Positions 1 to 15,696 of a stretch of 64,000 bases of DNA are shown here, one piece after another; position 1 is the first letter of the stretch, and each line of letters begins with the position of its first letter. The stretch lies in contig CATNEN010000033.1 of the NCBI GenBank assembly GCA_950097015.1, positions 3,224,001 to 3,288,000 of the forward strand, read 5' to 3'. The notes beneath the pieces are model-generated. The model saw only the letters and a program-made list of their open reading frames with translations, was not told the origin of the DNA and ran no database searches. The position numbers and the translations under genes are program-made. This DNA comes from Macrostomum hystrix (taxonomy: Eukaryota; Animalia; Platyhelminthes).

Positions 1-923
1 TTGGTGGACTTTAACGAAAATCTGTCATTCGATTTGGGAGCTATCGGGAAGTGGTTGGGTTGTTTATTTTTGCTGGAAAGGAAAGTACGAGTATAAAAAG
101 TCTCTTTGTGTTGCATCGTCAGTTTTCTGTCTATATTGGCTGCTTCTATAGTTCAATCAGCGCAGTTGCTTCTGCAGGAATTCTAAACTTGGATGCCAAT
201 CAAAATAACCAATGATTGCCCAAGAGAAATACACGTGCGACTGTCCCCTGCGGGGGCCATGGCTGTTTTGCGGTGCAAACAAATTAGATGAAAAACGGAA
301 GACGGCATTGCAGTGAACGGCCATGCCGTCACGCACGGAGCTGCGAAAGTTTGTGTCCTTCCTTACGTTTGCCTGTTTGGACACTGAGGCAGGAACTCGG
401 AAACGAAAACTTTTCTATTTCTGTTCAGAGAGCCTGGTTTGGGTTGCCAAGCAGCTGAGAGCAGCATTTGCAGCTATTTCCGTCCCTCATCAGCTGTCAC
501 CGGGGGAATAAGGGCCAGATGGTCTTCTTTCTTGCGGGCATCAGCTGCTGACATCTCGCAGCAGCCATCAAGTAAACTGCAAGTGGAGCCTCCTAAAATA
601 AGAGTACCGGGCGATATTTGATTTTCGTCAACTTTTATCGGCGAATTTTCAGCCCGGGTGTCAAAACATTGGTCAGCTTCTGTTTATCCCGAGTTCGATA
701 TTTATAAATACCCTTGAGCTTTTACGAGTGTTCCGCACATTTTTGAGAGCATTCCATGAAATCGTGTATATAGAATAAAACAAATCCATCTTGACAGCAG
801 ATTGTGGTGCCACAGCCAAGCTGTGCCAAGAATTTAAATTTCCATCTTTAACTCGCACAATAGACTGTGATTGAGTGAGGCCGATCTGGCTGGAATTATT
901 TGCTCTACAGTGTATTTTCTTGG

Positions 924-1268
924 CATCGGGCCGGTTTGACATCGGGACGGTTTGACATCGGGACGGTTTGACATCGGGACGGTTTGACATCGGGACGGTT
1001 TGACATCGGGACGGTTTGACATCGGGACAGTTTTGACATCGGGACGGTTTGACATCGGGACGGTTTGACATCGGGACGGTTTGACATCGGGACGGTTTGA
1101 CATCGGGACGGTTTGACATCGGGACGGTTTGACATCGGGACGGTTTGACATCGGGACGGTTTGACATCGGGATGGTTTGACATCGGGACGGTTTGACATC
1201 GGGACGGTTTGACATCGGGACGGTTTGACATCGGGACGGTTTGACATCATGACGGTTTGACATCGGGA
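924..1268. repeat. Minisatellite, 16-bp unit GACATCGGGACGGTTT, about 21 copies
   Basis: Period 16 read directly; near-identical copies. It explains the VKPSRCQTVPMSNRPD ORFs. Confidence 0.95.
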
Positions 1269-1810
1269 TTTATCTCTTTGAGGCTCTATTTCAAAGTCTT
1301 GTAATTTTTTACGTCGCGAATTTTAAGTCAGAATTAAAATTGCCTAGAATTCTAATGCGTGCAGCTTCAAGAGCTACTGAAGGCCTCAGTATGGCTGCCA
1401 GTACTGCCAGTTTTAGCAAAAAAACTCTTTCAATCACGCTCGTCTGAAAATTTGGCGCGGGTATATTAAACCAGTTACAGGATGCGGCGCGCACCTTTTC
1501 GGAACGCACCTTATCTTCGTCTGCCTCAACTTCGGAGAAGTGACGCAGCTGAGTTCCTCGGTCTCACCCAACTGCTCACATGCACCTGCACATTCAGCTG
1601 CTCCTCTGAACCAGCGAGCCTTAAGTTTCTCCGACTTCAGCTTCTCTTTGCTCAACCCCATGTTCGTGACGCAGCAAGTAGATTGATAATACCTGCTAAT
1701 TATTGCCTGAACACTTAAATCAAGGACTACTGGAAAAGGACTACTGCTTTTCATTCTGATGGCAAAATTCGTTTGTGATCGATTCCAGCAAAGTCTGCGT
1801 TTCTCGCCAC

Positions 1811-2018
1811 GGCTACGATTCTATCTACAGCTACGATTCTATCTACGGCTACGACTCTATCTACGGCTACGACTCTATCTACGGCTACGATTCTATCTAC
1901 GGCTACGATTCTATCTACGGCTACGACTCTATCTACGGCTACGATTCTATCTACGGCTACGACTCTATCTACGGCTACGACTCTATCTACGGCTACGATT
2001 CTATCTACGGCTACGATT
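1811..2018. repeat. Minisatellite, 18-bp unit GGCTACGA(T/C)TCTATCTAC, about 11 copies
   Basis: Direct tandem periodicity of 18. Confidence 0.95.
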
Positions 2019-2340
2019 TTGCATAGTTATGCGAGGCGGCTTTCAGAATCGATTTGTCTTAGATTTCATATTTTAGCCCAAAATGCTCGGGTCGCGTTCA
2101 ATAGAGTAAACTGCCCACAGAATTAATTTAATTTTCAGCTTTTGCGGCCCCTTGAGTCCCGCAGTTCCACCCACCTCACACGGAAACTGGTGTTTTTGTA
2201 TGACAAAAAGCTGTTTTGGTTTTAAACTCAATTATGCTTGCTAAAGCTGAAGCTCGGGTTCACATGCTTGCACTTCTGGCTTAGCAAACAATATTTTGGA
2301 TAACAACAACATATCACAAAATTTTCTAAGCTTAGCAGAT

Positions 2341-2760
2341 TTCTGTCCCTGATGATTCAGCTGATTCCTGTCCCTGATGATTCAGCTGATTCCTGTCCCT
2401 GATGATTCAGCTGATTCCTGTCCCTGATGATTCAGCTGATTCCTGTCCCTGATGATTCAGCTGATTCCTGTCCCTGATGATTTAGCTGATTCCTGTCCCT
2501 GATGATTCAGCTGATTCCTGTCCCTGATGATTCAGCTGATTCCTGTCCCTGATGATTCAGCTGATTCCTGTCCCTGATGATTCAGCTGATTCCTGTCCCT
2601 GATGATTCAGCTGATTCCTGTCCCTGATGATTCAGCTGATTCCTGTCCCTGATGATTCAGCCGATTCCTGTCCCTGATGATTCAGCTGATTCCTGTCCCT
2701 GATGATTCAGCTGATTCCTGTCCCTGATGATTCAGCTGATTCCTGTCCCTGATGACTCAG
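2341..2760. repeat. Minisatellite, 25-bp unit TTCCTGTCCCTGATGATTCAGCTGA, about 17 copies
   Basis: Period 25; the unit contains the palindrome TCAGCTGA. Confidence 0.95.
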
Positions 2761-2821
2761 CTCTGTCGATCGCAATGTCAGTCTAGAATTTCAAATGGAC
2801 TCAAGTGTCGGTGCTTCATCG

Positions 2822-3149
2822 CCATTATTATTATACCCATAAAGTCCATTATTATTATACCCATAAAGTCCATTATTATTATTCCCATGAAGTCCATTAT
2901 TATTATTCCCATGAAGTCCATTATTATTATTCCCATGAAGTCCATTATTATTATTCCCATGAAGTCCATTATTATTATACCCATAAAGTCCATTATTATT
3001 ATTCCCATGAAGTCCATTATTATTATTCCCATAAAGTCCATTATTATTATTCCCATGAAGTCCATTATTATTATTCCCATGGGAGATGGGAGATGGGAGA
3101 GAAGGGAGATGGGAGAGAAGTCCATTATTATTATTCCCATAAAGTCCAT
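2822..3149. repeat. Minisatellite, 24-bp unit CCATTATTATTATTCCCATGAAGT, interrupted by a GGGAGAT patch at 3081-3120
   Basis: Period 24, read directly. Confidence 0.95.
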
Positions 3150-3485
3150 TGAGAGATTATTAAAGCGATTAGCAGACAGGTGACAATGGAAGCGGAGAAG
3201 GGCTTAAAACTGTTTCTTGTTCGACTCTTTGTCGACTCTTTGTAGGGAATAGCGGCTCTTTTAAAATCAGACCACGGAATATGTAAACAATCGTATTTAA
3301 GTAAACACACTTTCACAGTTAAAAAACTTGACAAAACAAAAAAACAAAAAACGATTGCACAACTCACAAGAGTCTAAAAATGAAACAATAAGTGTTTGTA
3401 AGCATTGTAGAGTAAAATAGGAAAGCAGTGCAATATGTTTTTATTGGGAAATAGAATTGAACAGGGTCATGCGTTGGACTTTCAC

Positions 3486-7611
<4,126 letters not shown>

Positions 7612-8151
7612 GCTTCGGAGTGACTCGGAATGGCTCGGAATGGGGAAAGTTAACTAGCGGTTAAAAGGGTGCAGCTCATAATACTGCTGCTGATTATATA
7701 GCATGAGCTGCGTATTCTGCTACAGGCCAATCAGATACCACTAGAAATTCTCGACCAATAGGAAATCATCTGCAGAGGCGACAAGCAAAATCTTGAGCCA
7801 TCATCTATGATCTTAATTTGCACCTTGGCCTGACCCAGTAATTAGCCAGAAAGGACTAAAATGGCAGATTGTGGTGCTGCTTTGAGATGGCTTCTCAACC
7901 CGCATCATTTTCACCCGCAACTGGAGATTCAGAAGCTCAGATTGCTCAGTGAATGATACTGGCAGGCAGGCTGCTGCTGATGCTGCGATAATGACTGTCA
8001 TTGGCCTGTCATTGACTCATCAGTGTAGAGATTTTTTACACCTCTATCACAGGGACTGGCTTTAACAAGGTCAAGCGGAAACCTACACACTTTACGGTCA
8101 TTTATTACTGCATTTAAATCCTTTAAATGACCAAAAAGAATGACTAAAACT

Positions 8152-9237
8152 TGAGCTCATTGAATGACGAAATTCGGAGCTCATTGAATGACGAAATCCA
8201 GAGCTCATTGAATGACCGAATCCAGAGCTCATTGAATGACCAAATCCAGAGCTCATTGAATGACCGAATCCAGAGCTCATTGAATGACCGAATCTAGAGC
8301 TCATTGAATGACCGAATCCAGAGCTCATTGAATGACCAAATCCAGAGCTCATTGAATGACCGAATCCAGAGCTCATTGAATGACCGAATCCAGAGCTCAT
8401 TGAATGACCGAATCCAGAGCTCATTGAATGACCAAATCCAGAGCTCATTGAATGACCGAATCCAGAGCTCATTGAATGACCGAATCCAGAGCTCATTGGA
8501 TGACCGAATCCAGAGCTCATATGAATGACCGAATCCAGAGCTCATATGAATGACCAAATCCAGAGCTCATTGAATGACCAAATCCAGAGCTCATTGAATG
8601 ACCGAATCCAGAGCTCATTGAATGACCGAATCCAGAGCTCATTGAATGACCGAATCCAAAGCTCATTGAATGACCAAATCCAGAGCTCATTGAATGACCG
8701 AATCCAGAGCTCATTGAATGACCGAATCCAGAGCTCATTGAATGACCGAATCCAGAGCTCATATGAATGACCGAATCCAGAGCTCATATGAATGACCAAA
8801 TCCAGAGCTCATTGAATGACCGAATCCAGAGCTCATATGAATGACTAAATCCAGAGCTCATTGAATGACCAAATCCAGAGCTCATTGAATGACCGAATCC
8901 AGAGCTCATTGAATGACCGAATCCAGAGCTCATTGAATGACCAAATCCAGAGCTCATTGAATGACCGAATCCAGAGCTCATTGAATGACCGAATCCAGAG
9001 CTCATATGAATGACCGAATCCAGAGCTCATATGAATGACCGAATCCAGAGCTCATATGAATGACCGAATCCAGAGCTCATATGAATGACCGAATCCAGAG
9101 CTCATATGAATGACCGAATCCAGAGCTCATATGAATGAGCAAATCCAGAGCTCATTGAATGACCGAATCCAGAGCTCATTGAATGACCGAATCTAGAGCT
9201 CATATGAATGACTAAATCCAGAGCTCATATAAAGACT
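8152..9237. repeat. Minisatellite, 24-bp unit GAGCTCATTGAATGACCGAATCCA with a 25-bp CATATGAAT variant, about 44 copies
   Basis: Direct periodicity; explains the MSSGFGHS ORFs. Confidence 0.96.
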
Positions 9238-9654
9238 AAAGGTATGACTTATGTGAATGGCTGATTATCAGAATCGTAAGACTTAAGGATTATATTTCTT
9301 ATCCCACTCCTGATGGGAAGCTCAAGCAAATCCTAATTGTGCATCATTAGTTTTGGGATTCTGTGTTCGCAAAGCTTGCCGTGACTTTCTCGCGCCCTGT
9401 GCAGCGGCTGCCAGCCAAGCCACGTCTCAAGCCAAGGAGTTTCACAACAACCCTGCAGACGACACTGGGGCACTGAGGTGAGACACATTAAATACACTTC
9501 AAGACACGTCTCAGGCCCTACCAATGTCTTACTGCTCCCCATTTCAATCCCTTCCCCTTAGCGGTGGCTTGAGGCTAAGTCTTGTGCATCTGACTGCATT
9601 TTATCCCAGTAGCCTAGAATATCCCCTAATGCCTCCTCTTTTCATTGGATTCCT

Positions 9655-11665
9655 TCCTTCATCCCTTCACCCTTTCATCTCTTCATCCCTTCACCCCTTC
9701 ATCCCTTCATCCTTTCATCTCTTCATCCCTTCACCCCTTCATCCTTTCATCCTTTCATCCCTTCATCCCTTCATCCCTTCATCCTTTCATCCTTTCATCC
9801 TTTCATCCTTTCATCCCTTCATCCTTTCATCTCTTCAAACCTTCACCCCTTCATCCTTTCATCTCTTCAAACCTTCACCCCTTCATCCTTTCATCCTTTC
9901 ATCCCTTCACCCCTTCATCCTTTCATCCTTTCATCTCTTCATCCCTTCACCCCTTCATCCTTTCATCCTTTCATCTCTTCATCCCTTCACCCCTTCATCC
10001 TTTCATCCTTTCATCCTTTCATCTCTTCATCCCTTCATCCCTTCACCCCTTCATCCCTTCATCCTTTCATGAAGTTTCAGGCGTGACGAAGTGACGATCC
10101 TTTCATCCTTTCATCCCTTCATCCTTTCATCCTTTCATCCCTTCATCCTTTCATCCTTTCATCCCTTCATCCTTTCATCCTTTCATCTCTTCATCCCTTC
10201 ATCCCTTCATCCTTTCATCCTTTCATCCCTTCATCCTTTCATCCTTTCATCTCTTCATCCCTTCATCCCTTCATCCTTTCATCCTTTCATCCCTTCATCC
10301 TTTCATCCTTTCATCTCTTCATCCCTTCATCCCTTCATCCTTTCATCCTTTCATCCCTTCATCCTTTCATCCTTTCATCCCTTCATCCTTTCATCCCTTC
10401 ATCCTTTCATCTCTTCATCCTTTCATCCTTTCATCTCTTCATCCCTTCATCCCTTCATCCTTTCATCCTTTCATCCCTTCATCCTTTCATCCTTTCATCT
10501 CTTCATCCCTTCACCCCTTCATCCTTTCATCCTTTCATCCCTTCATCCCTTCATCCCTTCATCCTTTCATCCTTTCATCCCTTCATCCTTTCATCCCTTC
10601 ATCCTTTCATCTCTTCAAACCTTCACCCCTTCATCCTTTCATCCTTTCATCTCTTCATCCCTTCATCCTTTCATCCTTTCATCCCTTCACCCCTTCATCC
10701 TTTCATCCTTTCATCTCTTCATCCCTTCACCCCTTCATCCTTTCATCCTTTCATCTCTTCATCCCTTCACCCCTTCATCCTTTCATCCTTTCATCCTTTC
10801 ATCTCTTCACCCCTTCATCCCTTCATCCTTTCATGAAGTTTCAGGCGTGACGAAGTGACGATCCTTTCATCCTTTCATCCCTTCATCCTTTCATCCTTTC
10901 ATCCCTTCATCCTTTCATCCTTTCATCCCTTCATCCTTTCATCCTTTCATCTCTTCATCCCTTCATCCCTTCATCCTTTCATCCCTTCATCCCTTCATCC
11001 TTTCATCTCTTCATCCCTTCATCCTTTCATCCCTTCATCCCTTCATCCTTTCATCCCTTCATCCTTTCATCCTTTCATCCCTTCATCCTTTCATCCATTC
11101 ATCCCTTATCGGGGGGTCGGTGGCAGAGCGGTTATCGCGTTTGCCTCTCGCACCACGGTCCCTAAGTTCGATTCCACGGCGAGGCCACATTTATTTCGGG
11201 CGCAGCCGCGGAGAGAAGGCTTGGGGGCTTGTCAATTTACGCCCTTTGGGGGCCAACCTCCAAGGCACAGTTAAATATACACTGCCTGACGATAAGAAAG
11301 TCAGGGCAGATGTACACACCTGTGTGTACATCCAGAACATCCAGCGAAATGAGCAGAATTGCCTCCTCGCTGGCTGCAAGTCTAGTGTCGCCAAATGATG
11401 TGCCATTGCCCGCAGCCCTCCTGCAATTATTTTTTTCCTACATTTATCGATTCATCCCTTCATCCCTTCATCCCTTTATCCCTTCATCCCTTCATCCCTT
11501 CATCCCTTCATCCATTCATCCCTTCATCCTTTCATCCCTTCATCCCTTCATCCCTTCATCCCTTCATCCATTCATCCCTTCATCCTTTCATCCCTTCATC
11601 CCTTCATCCCTTCATCCCTTCATGCCTTCATCCCTTCATCCCTTCATCCCTTCATCCCATCATCC
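9655..11665. repeat. 8-bp TTCATCC(C/T) array, interrupted by a SINE and containing an internal ~764-bp duplication
   Basis: Read directly; a unique marker ATGAAGTTTCAGGCGTGACGAAGTGACG occurs at about 10068 and about 10832. Confidence 0.93.
11111..11435 (+). mobile_element. tRNA-derived SINE, family A, full-length copy
   Basis: A box TGGCAGAGCGG and B box GTTCGATTCC. The body aligns by eye with 51656-51995 and, reverse-complemented, with 16400-16495; AT-rich tail. Confidence 0.85.
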
Positions 11666-12225
11666 CTTCCACCCTTCTGCCCTTCCTACTCATTAATCCC
11701 ACTCTCCTGTTCACCCTATCGAATTGGCACACATTTAGCAACAAAATAGAAAGCGAAATATTGTTCTCCTCAAATAATAAATCAGTGGTTCAAAACAATT
11801 TTTATTGACTAAACTTCTAAGCGAGTCGGTTAAATCTTAAGAAGCAGAAAATTCTAACCTAGTCGAGCCTACCTCTATAATTACCGCAGGATATTTTGGC
11901 GCACTACCTTACTAACACCCAGTTTAATTCCCTTGTCCCTTTCGTAAACAAGCCGGGCTTTGATCACTCAATCAGAGTGAGAACCCTGCGATAAGGGATC
12001 GGCTGTATGGGTGGGGTGCCAAGGGCGGCAATCTTCAAACCCACTATTCATTTCTGATGCCCCATGGCCAAGATTTGAGGTGGATACAGTCGATTGCTAT
12101 GAAACGACACGCTCGTATCTGAGAAATGATTTTCTCTGATTAGAAAAACACCTGCCTTCGCCTTTCGAAATCCCCCGGTAGGCCGAGAGGGAATAAGAGA
12201 AGGAGAAGGATAAGATCTGAAAGGA

Positions 12226-12462
12226 TGACCTTGGGATGGGACTGAGGATGGGACTGCGGATGGGACTGAGGCAGGGACTGGGGGAGAGGCTGAGGCAGGG
12301 ACTGAGGATGGGACTGAGGATGGGACTGAGGATGGAACTGCGGATGGGACTGAGGATGGGACTGAGGATGGGACTGAGGATGGGACTGAGGATGGGACTG
12401 AGGATGGGACTGAGGATGGGACTGAGGATGGGACTGAGGATGGGACTGAGGATGGGACTGAG
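12226..12462. repeat. 12-bp GGGACTGAGGAT array, an inverted relative of the 13368-14065 array
   Basis: Period 12; includes GGGACTGAGGCA and GAGAGGCTGAGG units. Confidence 0.93.
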
Positions 12463-13258
12463 GGAGGACTTGTGCGTCAAAAGCGCGAATTCCACACACG
12501 GGGGGGCAGCAGCCGCCCGCTGTTGCACGCACCTGGCCTTGAATCGAAAGTGAAAGCATTGAAGCAAGCAGAAATGTTTTCGCTCCGCAAAGCACATCGA
12601 GTTTGTCCTCCCAACAATAATCTTCCCGGTTATGATTCCGGTGGGATTTAGCAGATTTGTTTAGTCATCAAATAATTGTTTGTTTCGCACCCTGCTCCAA
12701 TATGCTCTTTTCTGTCCTTTTTCCCCTTGTTTACGAAAGAGATTATTTTTTTCAAAAAATATCATTCCTACTTACATTTTTCTTCAAATGGTAAATTGAA
12801 GTTTTTATCGTCAATGCTACTCTTTTTGAGTAGCCTATGTGGAATATTGAATGCTCGTTTTGATTCAAACACATGTAGGCAGTTCAACTAATAATGTAAA
12901 AATAAATATTTTTCGCCACAAAAAAATGTCAGGATTCTAAAACACTACTATAAGTAGCTTTGTTCAATTGGCAATGTAGACAAATTTAAACATTTTTTCC
13001 AGGGCGGCAGCAGCTCAACCAATCCGGAAGCGGATGGCAACAACAGGCAGGGATCAGAGGCAGCCTATAAAGATTTGGAAGGAGAGGATCAGAAAAATCC
13101 TTTCGCTTATTGCCGTCGTGAGACCGTACTCAAGCTATTTCATTCACGGCTTTCTCTTTGGCAACCTGTTGACAGGTGAGTTGACAGGTGAGTTGTGATC
13201 CGTTGATCGGTGGAGAGTCTAGTGAACTGACTCGCTTGGAAATTCTTCCCACTTCAGG

Positions 13259-15696
13259 ATGTTGAGCGTGGCCAGACCGACCGTCACAGTGGCGATTCTG
13301 GGATGCATTCTGCTTGTGCGCCTGAGTGAGCTCACGGTGGCTAGTGTTTCACTTTTGAAGCTTAATTTCTCAGTCAGTCCCTGCCTCAGTCCCTGCCTCA
13401 GTCCCTGCCTCAGTCCCTGCCTCAGTCCCTGCCTCAGTCCCTGCCTCAGTCCCTGCCTCAGTCCCTGCCTCAGTCCCTCCCTCAGTCCCTGCCTCAGCCT
13501 CTCCCTCAGTCCGTGCCTCAGTCCCTGCCTCAGCCTCTCCCTCAGCCTCTCCCTCAGTCCCTGCCTCAGTCCCTGCCTCAGCCTCTCCCTCAGCCTCTCC
13601 CTCAGTCCCTGCCTCAGCCTCTCCCTCAGCCTCTCCCTCAGTCCCTGCCTCAGTCCCTGCCTCAGCCTCTCCCTCAGCCTCTCCCTCAGTCCCTGCCTCA
13701 GTCCCTCCCTCAGTCCCTGCCTCAGCCTCTCCCTCAGTCCCTGCCTCAGTCCCTGCCTCAGCCTCTCCCTCAGCCTCTCCCTCAGTCCCTGCCTCAGTCC
13801 CTGCCTCAGCCTCTCCCTCAGTCCCTGCCTCAGTCCCTGCCTCAGCCTCTCCCTCAGCCTCTCCCTCAGTCCCTGCCTCAGTCCCTCCCTCAGTCCCTGC
13901 CTCAGCCTCTCCCTCAGTCCCTGCCTCAGTCCCTGCCTCAGCCTCTCCCTCAGCCTCTCCCTCAGTCCCTGCCTCAGTCCCTGCCTCAGCCTCTCCCTCA
14001 GTCCCTGCCTCAGTCCCTGCCTCAGCCTCTCCCTCAGTCCCTCCCTCAGTCCCTGCCTCAGTCTCTCCATCAGTCGCCGATTCGAATCAAAGTTGCACCA
14101 GAGCGAGCAACTCAAAATTAAAAAGCTGTGAGCCAAATTGAGTTTTCAGTAACTCAGGACTGACCAGAGACAGAAGCAGAGAAAGACTTTTGTGATGGGA
14201 TCAGATTTCATCATAAGCCAAATACTATTTAAAATTAAAATATTCAGTCAAACCAGACGTGCTCAATACTCAGTTGTCGAAAGAACCTGGGCAACTGTAA
14301 GAATCGAGCACCTGAACTCTCTTGCAGGCATCACTGCCGCCTCTCCAAGTCTGAGACGAAGCACCGACTCGCTTCGGGACCAAGTGGAAGGTGAGCTGGG
14401 CTGCTCAGTGGCTCCTCACTTTCATATTCCATAATCCAAGAAAACTTATTTCTCTATGGAATCTCTCTGTGAGAATCTCTGTTCATGAGAATCTCTGTTC
14501 ATGAGAATCTCTGTTCATGAGAATCTCTGTTCATGAGAATCTCCGTTCATGAGAATCTCTGTTCATGAGAATCTCCGTTCATGAGAATCTCTGTTCATGA
14601 GAATCTCCGTTCATGAGAATCTCTCTGTGAGAATCACTCTCTGTGACATTCTCTCTCCATTAGAATCTTTCTCTCCATGAGAATCTCTCTTCATGAGAAA
14701 CTCTCTCCATGAGAATCTCTCTCCATGAGAATCTCTCTCCATAAGAATCTCTCTCCATGAGAATCTCTGTCTCTGTGACAATCTCTCTCCCTGAGAAACT
14801 CTCTTACCCTGAGAATCTCACTCGCCGTGAGAAACGCTCTCCATGAAATCGCCACTCGCATTGCAAACTGTTGCAGACTTGACCAGACCTGACAGCGCTC
14901 AGAACCTGCAGCACTCGCAGCAGCAGGACAGGTAAGGCCTGAGACAATTTGGCTCTAAGTAGAATCGTCCCTAAGAGAATCCTTACTAAGAGAGTCGTCC
15001 CTAAGATATCGTCCGTGGGAAAACCATGCCTAAGATATCGTCCTAAGTACTCGTAGAATCGTCCTTAAGAGAATCCTTACTAAGAAAGTCGTCCCTAAGA
15101 TATCGTCCTAAGTAGAATCGTCCCTAAGAGAATCCTTACTAAGAGAGTCGTCCCTAAGATATCGTCCGTGGGAAAACCATGCCTAAGATATCGTCCTAAG
15201 TAGAATCGTCCTTAAGAGAATCCTTACTAAGAAAGTCGTCCCTAAGATATCGTCCTAAGTAGAATCGTCCCTAAGAGAATCCTTACTAAGAGAGTCGTCC
15301 CTAAGATATCGTCCGTGGGAAAACCATGCCTAAGATATCGTCCTAAGTAGAATCGTCCTTAAGAGAATCGAAAGAAAGTTCCCTAGAAAGTCCCTTCTTA
15401 AGTCCCTAAGTCTAAGAAGTCTAAGAAAGTCCCTAAGAAAGTCGTTACTAAGAGAATCGTCTTTAAGAAAATCGTTACTAAGAGAATCGTCCCTAAGATA
15501 TCGTCCCAAGGAGAATCGTCTCAAAGAGAATCGTCCCAAAATGCTCACCTTAACCAAGGGAATCGGCCCTAGAAACTGCCCAACCCATCTGCGCACCAAC
15601 CGCAGGTCCGAGGAGACGATGGAGGAGCTGATGCGGGAGCTGACGCAGCGAGATCAGCTCAACCGTCTCAGCAAGAGATTCGTCACCGATTGGTGA
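13259..15696 (+). CDS. Putative secreted peptide precursor (prohormone-like), 91 aa, 4 coding exons
   Basis: Exons 13259-13325, 14328-14390, 14877-14931 and 15606-15696. All introns are GT-AG and phase-compatible (1,1,2). Product: MLSVARPTVTVAILGCILLVRLSITAASPSLRRSTDSLRDQVEDLTRPDSAQNLQHSQQQDRSEETMEELMRELTQRDQLNRLSKRFVTDW. It has a hydrophobic N-terminus, RR and KR sites, and AATAAA near 15834. A probable non-coding exon lies at 13003-13175. Confidence 0.75.
13368..14065. repeat. 12-bp CCTCAGTCCCTG / CCTCAGCCTCTC array filling a precursor-gene intron
   Basis: Period 12 with mixed variants. Confidence 0.95.
14456..14845. repeat. 16-bp ATGAGAATCTCTGTTC array, degenerating towards its 3' end (intronic)
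   Basis: Period 16 at 14471, 14487 and 14503. Confidence 0.9.
14957..15540. repeat. About 15-bp CTAAGAGAATCGTCC-type array with a ~150-bp higher-order repeat (intronic)
   Basis: The marker GTGGGAAAACCATGCC recurs at about 15015, 15168 and 15315. Confidence 0.88.

Noticed and set aside
1434-1754. Small Cys-rich minus-strand ORF (ECAGAC...SC...RC...RC), vaguely PAN/apple- or toxin-like
   Set aside because: No convincing domain match, signal peptide or partner exons could be established by eye. It needs an HMM search and RNA evidence.
1775-2076. GYDSIY / RLRFYL repeat ORFs resembling eggshell or adhesive proteins
   Set aside because: The 18-bp unit is simply stop-free. There is no signal peptide or splice context, and nucleotide identity gives no sign of codon-level selection.
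9350-9477. Possible plus-strand exon upstream of the precursor gene (ends CTGAG|GTGAGA)
   Set aside because: The only open frame is phase-incompatible with the frame leading to ATG 13259, and there is no homology clue. It could be UTR or nothing.
11111-11185. tRNA gene
   Set aside because: It has A and B boxes but no closed cloverleaf, and it continues into a SINE body present in several copies. The same applies to 38770-38841 and 57755-57810.
11288-11312. CTGACGA...GAAA in SINE A as a minimal hammerhead
   Set aside because: CTGAC pairs directly with the downstream GTCAG, there is no helix II or III, and the second copy reads CTGACAA.
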